A DNA stretch of 64,000 bases from the NCBI GenBank assembly GCA_002441585.1, contig DJWS01000008.1, positions 34,054 through 98,053 of the forward strand. Reading direction: 5' to 3'. The stretch comes from Candidatus Saccharibacteria bacterium UBA6224. GTDB lineage: Bacteria > Patescibacteriota > Saccharimonadia > Saccharimonadales > UBA4665. Below are positions 37,088 through 45,532 of the stretch, piece by piece (position 1 is the first letter of the stretch; every line of letters starts with the position of its first letter). The notes under the pieces are model-generated. The model saw nothing but the letters and a program-made list of their open reading frames with translations. It did not search any database and was not told the DNA's origin. Made by a program: the position numbers and the translations under genes.

Positions 37088-38146
37088 ATGCGATTTGGTC
37101 GGCTTCTTCCTCGCCGCATACTCCCAGTCATACTCTTGGTCTCGCTTCTTCTCCTGGGAGCGAGGCCATTGCTGTTTCGCGCTCAGGCGGCTACATTTCC
37201 CAAGCGATCAGTTCAGCTCGGTAGTATTGTCGCGGGCGATACATCAAGCTACAAATTCGCCTTCATTGTTACTACACCAGGTGCCCAAGTGGGCTCTATC
37301 CGTTTCCAATTTTGCGATGATACTCCGCTCGTCGGGCAGCCGTGCAATCCGCCGACGGGCTTCGATGCATCCGGCGCAGTTCTCGTGGACCAGCAGAACA
37401 ATGCCGGGTTTACGATTGGCGCAGGTACGAATGCAAACACGATCGTCATCGGCCGCACACCGGCGATCGCGTCGATTGGTATGTCAACATATGATTTCTC
37501 CGATATCGTAAACCCGGCGTCTAGTGGCACATATTTCGTCAGGGTAGAAACGTTCGGCAGCAATAATGCCACGGGCCCTCATGTCGACTATGGTGGACTT
37601 GCGTTTGCCATGACAGAGCAAGTGACCATCAGTGCTGAAGTCCCGCCATTTCTACTTTTTTGCAACGGTGTAACGATAACTGGTTTTGATTGCACTACCG
37701 CTACCGGAGATTATATAAACTTCGGGGAATTCTCCACTTCGTCACCCCGGACCGGGACTACCCAGATGCTATTAGCAACTAATGCCGACGGAGGGTACAG
37801 CGTGACCGTACAGGGAACGACAATGCTCTCGGGAGTCAATAGTATACCGGCACTGAACGTTAATGACGTCTCACGCCCAGGCACAAGCCAGTTCGGCATC
37901 AATCTTCGTAATAACTCCGATCCTAATGTAGGCTCCGATGTCGCAGGGCCAGGAGTGGCCTCGCCGCGCCCTAACTATGCTATCCAAAATAGATACCGCT
38001 TCGTGTCGGGGGAGCAGATTGCATTCTCCACCACATCTGATGATTACCGCAAATACACTGTGACATATCTCGTGAATATCGCGAACGGCCAGCCAGCCGG
38101 CATATACGTCAGCACGCTTACCTACACGGCCCTAGCAACATTTTGA
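37088..38146 (+). CDS. secreted two-domain protein, paralog of 35941-37071; ends ...PAGIYVSTLTYTALATF
   Basis: Start at MRFGRLLP (AAGGA RBS) with a signal peptide. The inner block INFGEF...NADGGYSV.V.G...SG.NSIPAL...TSQFGINL is conserved with its neighbours. Confidence 0.65.
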   Translation: MRFGRLLPRRILPVILLVSLLLLGARPLLFRAQAATFPKRSVQLGSIVAGDTSSYKFAFIVTTPGAQVGSIRFQFCDDTPLVGQPCNPPTGFDASGAVLVDQQNNAGFTIGAGTNANTIVIGRTPAIASIGMSTYDFSDIVNPASSGTYFVRVETFGSNNATGPHVDYGGLAFAMTEQVTISAEVPPFLLFCNGVTITGFDCTTATGDYINFGEFSTSSPRTGTTQMLLATNADGGYSVTVQGTTMLSGVNSIPALNVNDVSRPGTSQFGINLRNNSDPNVGSDVAGPGVASPRPNYAIQNRYRFVSGEQIAFSTTSDDYRKYTVTYLVNIANGQPAGIYVSTLTYTALATF

Positions 38147-38214
38147 GCATATTGTGCAACCACTACCGTTTTGATACTATAAGTCCAACGTCTTAAGAGG
38201 GAATTAATAGGAAC

Positions 38215-39216
38215 ATGAAAAAACTTCAACAATTGCTCATGGCTGGGCTGGTATTAGGTGCTGCGGCTGTATTGGTAATTTCTGCTAACGTTTCGGCGGC
38301 AACAAGCAGTGGTAACGGGATGCGAGTATCACCCGTAAGAACTGACTTGGTCATGCAGCCGGGAGATTCTAAAACGATTAGTGTTTATGTCCAGAATGTC
38401 ACTAACGGTACAGAAAACTTGAGGGTCATCGCCAACGATTTTGTCGCCAGCGAAGATGAGAGTGGGGCTCCGGCGCTGCTTTTGAACGGAGAGGCCAACG
38501 ATAGGCACGGGCTAAAGAAATACATCTCAGCACCAGGAACATTGACCATTGAGGCCGGAAAGCAGAAGGAAGTCAGGGTGACGATTTCCATACCTAAGGG
38601 CTTGCCTGGCGGTGGCTACTATGGCGCCATTCGATTCGCACCGGCATCGACGAGCAGCACAGAAAACGCCAACGTCTCCCTCTCAGGAAGTGTCGGCTCG
38701 TTGATTCTTGTGAGAGTTCCTGGTGATGTCACGGAAAAAATGTCACTAGTCAGCTTCGATGCTAGGTCTAAAAACTCCAAGACCCAGGAAGATTCTGCCC
38801 GAACGGTCTTTACGTCCGGAAAGAATGTATGGGCTACGGTGCGTCTTCGCAATGAAGGCAACATCCAAGAGCAGCCATTCGGTAAGATTCTCTTCAAGAA
38901 AGGCAACACTACTCTAGGCACCTATGAGTTGAACGCCGGGGACCAGCCAGCTAATGTTCTACCAGATAGCATTAGGAAATTCAGTATTCAGCTCAAGGAC
39001 GTGGGCTCTTTTGGCAAATACACGCTCGAAGGTAATTTCGGCTATGGTACGGCAGGACAACTACTTTCAGCTAAAACCACATTCTACGTTATACCGGTAT
39101 ACATGATTTTTCTTGGTATCGGCATCGTAGCACTCATTCTGTTCCTTATCTTCGGTTTGCCGCGCTTGATCCGCAACTACAACAAGCGGGTGCTTCGTAA
39201 AGCCGGCCGTCGCTAA
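38215..39216 (+). CDS. DUF916/DUF3324-like cell-surface protein with C-terminal TM anchor
   Basis: Signal peptide. Two Ig-like modules (SPVRTDLVMQPGDSKTISVYVQN...IPKGLPGGGYYGAIRF; then LRNEGNIQEQPFGKILF...LPDSIRKFSIQL...FGKYTLEG). C-terminal TM plus a basic tail (RNYNKRVLRKAGRR). Confidence 0.6.
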   Translation: MKKLQQLLMAGLVLGAAAVLVISANVSAATSSGNGMRVSPVRTDLVMQPGDSKTISVYVQNVTNGTENLRVIANDFVASEDESGAPALLLNGEANDRHGLKKYISAPGTLTIEAGKQKEVRVTISIPKGLPGGGYYGAIRFAPASTSSTENANVSLSGSVGSLILVRVPGDVTEKMSLVSFDARSKNSKTQEDSARTVFTSGKNVWATVRLRNEGNIQEQPFGKILFKKGNTTLGTYELNAGDQPANVLPDSIRKFSIQLKDVGSFGKYTLEGNFGYGTAGQLLSAKTTFYVIPVYMIFLGIGIVALILFLIFGLPRLIRNYNKRVLRKAGRR

Positions 39217-39286
39217 CGAGGATGCCTTGGGGTGGTGGTCGTGAGTCCTTGTCGCCAGCCATCATCTCGGTTATGGTAGTAATAAG

Positions 39287-40192
39287 ATGATTACCACCCG
39301 ACGCATAGTCGCCTGTTGCCGCTCAGCTACGTTGGTGTTGCTGCTGGGACTTTTGGTGGCGCCGATTGGCTCGGTAGCCGCGATAGGCTCACCAGATCCA
39401 GAGCAGGGCGGGTCTGTCGGTCTGGAAGGACGTATCTCATCACCGCCGCCCACCCAAGCCGCCAGCATAACCACACCACGTAATGGTCAAGTCTTTGATT
39501 CGTCACCGATAACCGTAGCCGGCCTGTGTAAGACGGATTTGCTGGTCAAGGTATTTGCCAACAACGTGTTCGTCGGCTCGGTCCTATGTAAGAACGGCAG
39601 TTACTCTCTGCAGGTCGGACTGTTTAGTGGCCGGAATGACCTGGTGGCCCGGGTTTATGACAATCTCGATCAGGCGGGGCCCGATTCCAACCTTGTCAGC
39701 GTGACGTTCAACGATGCTAATTATGCGGAGTTCGGCACGCAACTGACCCTGACCAGCAATTACGCCCGTCGTGGCGCCAACCCCGGCTCTACCTTGACTT
39801 GGCCCATCGTCTTGAGCGGTGGCTCTCCACCCTATGCTATCAGTATCGACTGGGGCGACTCATCTGGTGCTCAGCTGCTTAGCCAATCATTTGCCGGCAA
39901 CATCACACTTTCACATGTCTACGAGACGGCTGGTATCTACACCGTAGTCATAAAGGCGACCGATCGCAACAAAAGTACTGCCTATCTTCAGGTCGTGGGT
40001 GTCGCCAACGGCGAGGCGAAGCAAGCCGCCACTGACACAGGCACGACTAACAAGGTCAGCGTAGCCCCGGAATGGTACTGGTTCTTGCCAATCGTGCCGC
40101 TGCTGATTGTGGCATTCTGGCTGGGTGGACGCAACGAACTGTATGTCATTCGTCGTCGCTTGGACCAAGTCCGCAACGCCAGCCGCGGTTGA
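39287..40192 (+). CDS. secreted Ig-like + PKD-domain protein with C-terminal TM anchor
   Basis: The PKD-like segment is ISIDWGDSSG...LSHVYETAGIYTVVIKATD. C-terminal helix WFLPIVPLLIVAFWLGG. Confidence 0.6.
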   Translation: MITTRRIVACCRSATLVLLLGLLVAPIGSVAAIGSPDPEQGGSVGLEGRISSPPPTQAASITTPRNGQVFDSSPITVAGLCKTDLLVKVFANNVFVGSVLCKNGSYSLQVGLFSGRNDLVARVYDNLDQAGPDSNLVSVTFNDANYAEFGTQLTLTSNYARRGANPGSTLTWPIVLSGGSPPYAISIDWGDSSGAQLLSQSFAGNITLSHVYETAGIYTVVIKATDRNKSTAYLQVVGVANGEAKQAATDTGTTNKVSVAPEWYWFLPIVPLLIVAFWLGGRNELYVIRRRLDQVRNASRG

Positions 40193-40245
40193 TCCAAGGT
40201 CAGAAACTCGGCACGATTAAGAATATTTGTTAAAATAGGCAAGTT

Positions 40246-41304
40246 ATGTCAAAAGATAATTCTCACACGAAGGTCTTTGTCGGTATGTCTGGTGGTGTCG
40301 ACAGTTCCGTCACGGCGGCGCTCCTGAAGCGTCAGGGTTATGATGTGACCGGTGTGTACATGAAGAATTGGAGCCGGGACTTGCCAGGGTTCCAATGCCC
40401 CTGGAAAGAAGATTATCAGGACGCCAAACGCGTGGCGGTACAGCTAGACATTCCTTTCAAAATGTACGACTTCGAGACCGAATATCGGCAAAAGGTGGTT
40501 GACTACATGTTGGATGGCTACAAGGCGGGCATTACGCCCAATCCGGACATCATGTGTAACCAGGAGATCAAGTTCAAACTATTTCTCGAGACGGCATTGG
40601 CTGATGGCGCGGACATGATAGCGACCGGTCATTACGCCCGTATCCATGACGGCCAATTGCTGACGGCGGCCAACGTCGACAAAGACCAAACATATTTTTT
40701 GTATCGGGTATCGGAAGATGCCTTGCGGCACTCGCTGATGCCGGTCGGTGAGTATAAGACCAAGTCCGAGGTTCGGGCGGTGGCCAAAGAACTCGGGCTC
40801 AGTACGGCCGATAAAAAGGACAGTCAGGGCATTTGCTTCGTCGGCAAGGTTGGCATCCGTGAATTCCTGGAGCAATTTGTCGAGACAGAGCCGGGCGCCA
40901 TCATCGACCAGCATGGTCGGCGCCTAGGCGAACATGACGGGGCATTGTTTTATACGATTGGCCAGCGCCACGGCCTAAACGTCGGGGGTGGCTTGCCGTA
41001 TTACGTAGTGGGCAAAGACATGGCCAAGAACGAAGTGTATGTAACGACCGACCTTAATGACGAGCGGTTATGGAGCAAAGAGCTGCAACTCACGAGCCTT
41101 CATTGGATAAATAATCAGCCTGACTCGGCTGGGACATATCAAGTACGTACCCGCTATCGGCAACCATTAGTCGACTGCACCGTGAGACTTGAAGACGACG
41201 GTGCGCGCGTAACAATGAGCGATGCAGTGCGAGCCATCACGCCCGGCCAGTCGGCCGTACTGTACGATGGTGAGCGTGTTTTGGGTGGCGGAATCGTCGT
41301 CTGA
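40246..41304 (+). CDS. mnmA: tRNA 2-thiouridine(34) synthase
   Basis: PP-loop VGMSGGVDSSV, ATGHYAR, KDQTYFL, GICFVG. Confidence 0.92.
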   Translation: MSKDNSHTKVFVGMSGGVDSSVTAALLKRQGYDVTGVYMKNWSRDLPGFQCPWKEDYQDAKRVAVQLDIPFKMYDFETEYRQKVVDYMLDGYKAGITPNPDIMCNQEIKFKLFLETALADGADMIATGHYARIHDGQLLTAANVDKDQTYFLYRVSEDALRHSLMPVGEYKTKSEVRAVAKELGLSTADKKDSQGICFVGKVGIREFLEQFVETEPGAIIDQHGRRLGEHDGALFYTIGQRHGLNVGGGLPYYVVGKDMAKNEVYVTTDLNDERLWSKELQLTSLHWINNQPDSAGTYQVRTRYRQPLVDCTVRLEDDGARVTMSDAVRAITPGQSAVLYDGERVLGGGIVV

Positions 41305-41397
41305 GACCACCCGTGTGATGGGCTTAACGAACTGTCTGTGACTCATCATCGTAAGCAACGTTGTGTCAACTAGCCACCTCTGTTAGAATGGGGTGAT

Positions 41398-43287
41398 ATG
41401 ACAGCCCAAGAGATTCGCCAAAAATACCTAGATTTTTGTAAGCAGAACGGCCACGCTATAATCGCGCGGGCGCCGCTGGTGCCCAAGGACGATCCGACCA
41501 CACTGTTTACCGGCAGTGGCATGCAGGCCTTGATGCCATACTTGCTTGGCCAAGAACATCCGAACGGCAAGCGCCTGGCCGACAGCCAGACATGCTTGCG
41601 CGCCCAGGATATCGAGGAGATCGGTGACAATCGCCACACGACGTTCTTTGAGATGCTGGGCAATTGGAGCTTGGGCGATTACTTCAAGGCCGATCAGCTG
41701 CCTTGGTTCTTTGACTTTTTGACTGAGGTCGTCGGACTAGACCCAAATCGCTTGTACGTCACCTGTTTTATGGGTGACGAAGCCAACGGCATCCCCCGTG
41801 ACGAAGAAAGCGCCAAGATTTGGAAGGACTTGTTCGCCGCCAAGGGTATCATCGCCGAAACACAGGATATCGGCAGCGAAGCCGATGGCGCCAAAAAAGG
41901 CATGGAGCCACACGCCCGTATCTTCTATTATGACGCCAGCAAGAACTGGTGGTGGCGCGGCGACAAAATTAACGACATGCCAGAGGGCGAGCCGGGCGGA
42001 CCGGACAGCGAAGTTTTTTACGAGTTCGATTATATCGTTCACGATCCGAAATATGGCGAAAAGTGTCATCCTAACTGCGATTGCGGCCGCTACATGGAAA
42101 TCGGTAACAGTGTGTTTATGGAATATGTCAAAACTGCTCAAGGCTTCGCCAAGTTACCTAAGCAGAACGTCGACTTTGGCGGTGGACTGGAGCGCATTGC
42201 CGCAGCTGCCATAGATGACCCGGACGTGTTCAAGATCAGCGTGATGAAACCCATAGTGACCAAGCTGGAAGAGATTTCCGGCAAAAATTACGAAAGCCAC
42301 ACCGAAAGCATGCGCGTAATCGCTGATCACTTGCGGGCCGCTACGTTCCTGGCAGTCGACGGTGTGGTGCCGAGCAACAAAGAACAGGGCTACGTCATGC
42401 GCCGCTTGCTCCGCCGGGCTATTCGCTTTGCCTTTGAGCTGGGCGTCGAGCAGAACTTTTTGGAGCAAATCGTCCCGGTGATTGCTGACTTGTATCACGC
42501 TGATTTCCCCGAAGTAGCCGAGCACCGCGAAGAAGTCATTGCTGTGCTGGTGAAGGAAGAAAAAGTCTTCCGCCAGACACTCCGCAAAGGCATCCGCGAA
42601 CTTGAGAAGCTCAAAGAGAATGGCTTGACGGGTTCTGATTTGTTCAAGCTCTACGACACCTATGGTTTTCCGGTGGAACTCAGTGTTGAGGAAGCATTTA
42701 AGCAAGAAATTACCGTACCCGACAACTGGCGCGAAGAGTTCGATGCGCACATGGCCGAGCAGCGACAGCGCTCGCAGACGGCAGCCAAAGGCGTATTCAA
42801 GGGCGGATTGGGCGGCAAGACCGACCAGCACAAAAAATACCACACCGCCACGCACCTGATGTATCAGAGCTTGCGCACCGTCTTGGGCGACCACGTGATT
42901 CAACACGGTTCTAACATTACCGAGGAGCGCTTGCGCTTCGATTTCAGCCACACCGACAAAATGACGCCGGAACAAATCAAGCAGGTCGAAGACATGGTCA
43001 ACGAACAAATCGACAAAGACTTGGTAGTGACATGGGAAGAGCACCCGACCAAGGAGGCTATCGAAGGATTACACGTACTCGGCGCCTTTGGCGATCGCTA
43101 CGGTGATGTGGTGAAATGCTATCGCATGCAAGCCAAAGACTCAGACACGCCATTCAGTTTTGAAATTTGCGGTGGCCCGCATGTCGACCATACCGCGCAG
43201 TTGGCTGAAGGCGGCAAACGATTCAAGATCCTCAAGGAAGAATCTTCTAGCGCCGGTATCCGTCGCATCAAAGCCGTGTTGCAATAA
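41398..43287 (+). CDS. alaS: alanyl-tRNA synthetase, short form (catalytic + tRNA-recognition + editing, no C-Ala domain)
   Basis: DDPTLLFTGSGM-type motif (DDPTTLFTGSGMQ), FFEMLGNWSLGDYFK, editing HTATHL and CGGPHV. The protein is 629 aa. Confidence 0.9.
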   Translation: MTAQEIRQKYLDFCKQNGHAIIARAPLVPKDDPTTLFTGSGMQALMPYLLGQEHPNGKRLADSQTCLRAQDIEEIGDNRHTTFFEMLGNWSLGDYFKADQLPWFFDFLTEVVGLDPNRLYVTCFMGDEANGIPRDEESAKIWKDLFAAKGIIAETQDIGSEADGAKKGMEPHARIFYYDASKNWWWRGDKINDMPEGEPGGPDSEVFYEFDYIVHDPKYGEKCHPNCDCGRYMEIGNSVFMEYVKTAQGFAKLPKQNVDFGGGLERIAAAAIDDPDVFKISVMKPIVTKLEEISGKNYESHTESMRVIADHLRAATFLAVDGVVPSNKEQGYVMRRLLRRAIRFAFELGVEQNFLEQIVPVIADLYHADFPEVAEHREEVIAVLVKEEKVFRQTLRKGIRELEKLKENGLTGSDLFKLYDTYGFPVELSVEEAFKQEITVPDNWREEFDAHMAEQRQRSQTAAKGVFKGGLGGKTDQHKKYHTATHLMYQSLRTVLGDHVIQHGSNITEERLRFDFSHTDKMTPEQIKQVEDMVNEQIDKDLVVTWEEHPTKEAIEGLHVLGAFGDRYGDVVKCYRMQAKDSDTPFSFEICGGPHVDHTAQLAEGGKRFKILKEESSSAGIRRIKAVLQ

Positions 43288-43323
43288 GATTCGATGAGAA
43301 TTGCCGGAGGCATATTGTTATAC

Positions 43324-43353
43324 AAAAAATAAGACACCTGGAGGGGGTGTCTT
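43324..43353 (-). terminator. hairpin terminator for the minus-strand gene 43374-43898 (also downstream of alaS)
   Basis: AAGACACC...GGTGTCTT, with the A-run 43324-43330 giving the minus-strand T tract. Confidence 0.65.
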
Positions 43354-43373
43354 ATGGTGGAGTACTAAGTGAT

Positions 43374-43898
43374 TTACAGTTCGCTCATCGGGAAATCGTT
43401 GAGTGCGTACCATTCTTCAATCGGAGAGGTTGGGCCATCGATCATCCCAGTATGTCTTCGTGTCAATTCGCCAATCCTGCGTTGACGCATACGGGCTTCT
43501 CGGCGTTCGCGCACTGGGCGAAGCAAAGCTTCCATGTGTACCTCACGTTCTTCGAGCGGGGGAGCAGTTTGAATATCTAGATCGGTTTCGGGAAAGCCCC
43601 GCAGTTCGGCGGTTTGACGTAGCGCGCGTCCAATCAACTTGGCCACAGCCTTGGTCGTACCATTTAGCCGAGGGTCTACTCGCACTTCGCCGATGGAGCG
43701 TCCAAACTCGTGCTTTAAGGCGCCCACCGCAACAATGCCTGAGTGATCCCAGACAGCCACGGCATCCTTTTTGGACTCCGAGAGTTGTGATAAACCAAAA
43801 CTTTGGAACTCGGCATCCATATGAGGATCGGGCGTCGCACCTTCTGGTACGGCAGCATCCAGTATGTACTGGTGCCCCTCTGCTACGATTTGTGACAT
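43374..43898 (-). CDS. hypothetical protein
   Basis: AAGGGG lies upstream of the ATG, and a terminator follows. No family recognised. Confidence 0.5.
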   Translation of the reverse strand: MSQIVAEGHQYILDAAVPEGATPDPHMDAEFQSFGLSQLSESKKDAVAVWDHSGIVAVGALKHEFGRSIGEVRVDPRLNGTTKAVAKLIGRALRQTAELRGFPETDLDIQTAPPLEEREVHMEALLRPVRERREARMRQRRIGELTRRHTGMIDGPTSPIEEWYALNDFPMSEL

Positions 43899-44200
43899 TA
43901 CAAAAACCCCTTACACATCCGCAAGTTACCTTGCATGTTTATTGATAATTAATTGTTACACTCTTGCCTAGGAAATCCCCGATGCCCTTCCGGAACTTGA
44001 TAGGTAAGCCGAATGTGGCTACAGATGCAGCTTGCATTCCGGACCACATTATATCACCGAAATGTCAAGTTTTCAAGTGGTTTGTGAAAATAATCACAGC
44101 GCAAACAAAATTTTGTGGTTTAATGTCGGGCAAACATGGCCCGTGGCTTGGGCGGAAGAACTACTCGTCAAACATATAATCGTGCTAGAATAAGACGCAT

Positions 44201-45529
44201 ATGCTTGAACCAATCAAAGCTCTGGGTCGTTCGGCCGCGACGCGTGCCGGCACCGCTGCGCGCAGCGCGCTGACCGCAGCTAGCAAACTCAAATCCAACG
44301 AAGAAGAATACATCGTCGGACTAGACATTGGCACCGAGGTGGTCAAGGCGCTAGTAGGCAGGGTGACGCCCGAGGGTGACATCGAGGTCATAGGCGTGGG
44401 GCGACAGCACCAAAAACTTAGCGACATGCAGGCCGGTGCCATCGCCGACATCGTTAGCGTGGTCCAGAATTGTGACAAGGCATTAGGCCAGGCCGAAGAG
44501 CAGGCTGGCGTCAGTGCCCGGACAGCTGTGATCGGCATTGCCGGAGAACTAGTCAAGGGTACTACCACCACGGTGCGTGTGACTCGCAAGGATGCCAACA
44601 AACAGATTGATATAGAGGAAATGGAACGCATCATCCACGTCGTGCAACAGCGCGCCGAACAGCGTGCCAAGCAGCAATTGGCCGTCGAGTTGGGCGGTAA
44701 AGAAGTCGACGTGCGGCTGGTTAATAGCGCGCTCGTCAGCATCGAGATCGATGGCTATCCGGTAACCAACCCGATAGGTTTCCAGGGCAAGGACGTAGTG
44801 GTGCAGCTGTACACCGCCTTCGCGCCGATGATTCATATCGCGGCACTGGAACGGACCGCGCAGGAGCTTGACCTCGATCTTCTGGCCGTTGCCGCTGAGC
44901 CGTTCGCCGTATCCCGGTCGGTCATCGGCAACAAGCAGAGCGGTAACTTCAGCGCCATTCTGATGGACGTCGGTGGTGGCACGACCGATATTGCCGTCAT
45001 CAACGATGGTGGTGTCCAGGGAACCAAGATGTTCGGCATCGGCGGTCGGGCCTACACGCGGGCAATCGAGCGGGGCCTAGGCATTGAATTCGATGAGGCG
45101 GAGCATCTCAAGCTGGCGCTCGGTGAAGGTACCGTACCGGCAGCGAAGAAGAAAGAGGCCGATGAGGCGCTCGACAAGACCGTCGAAGTCTGGACCAGTG
45201 GTGTCGAATTGGCTCTGAGCGAATTCGACCAATTAGATCACTTGCCCCACCGGATGTTCTTGTGCGGTGGTGGCTCCAGCCTTGACGCCCTAGTCGATGC
45301 ATTGGAAAAGACGGAATGGTACCGCACACTGCCGTTCACTCGCAAGCCCTCCGTTCATCATATTCGTCCCGACCAGGTAGTTGGCATCACCGACAAGACC
45401 GGCGATGTTACCGATCACACCTTTATTACGGCGCTCGGGCTACTCAGGGTAGGCCTAGATACGTTACAATTCACAGAGAACGACTCCGGTTCGATTCGCG
45501 ATAAGATCGACAGGATGCTTCAGGTATAA
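44201..45529 (+). CDS. ftsA: cell division protein FtsA (actin-like ATPase)
   Basis: IVGLDIGTEVVKALVG, DVGGGTTDIAV, LCGGGSSL, and a C-terminal amphipathic tail. Confidence 0.8.
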   Translation: MLEPIKALGRSAATRAGTAARSALTAASKLKSNEEEYIVGLDIGTEVVKALVGRVTPEGDIEVIGVGRQHQKLSDMQAGAIADIVSVVQNCDKALGQAEEQAGVSARTAVIGIAGELVKGTTTTVRVTRKDANKQIDIEEMERIIHVVQQRAEQRAKQQLAVELGGKEVDVRLVNSALVSIEIDGYPVTNPIGFQGKDVVVQLYTAFAPMIHIAALERTAQELDLDLLAVAAEPFAVSRSVIGNKQSGNFSAILMDVGGGTTDIAVINDGGVQGTKMFGIGGRAYTRAIERGLGIEFDEAEHLKLALGEGTVPAAKKKEADEALDKTVEVWTSGVELALSEFDQLDHLPHRMFLCGGGSSLDALVDALEKTEWYRTLPFTRKPSVHHIRPDQVVGITDKTGDVTDHTFITALGLLRVGLDTLQFTENDSGSIRDKIDRMLQV

Positions 45530-45532
45530 ATT

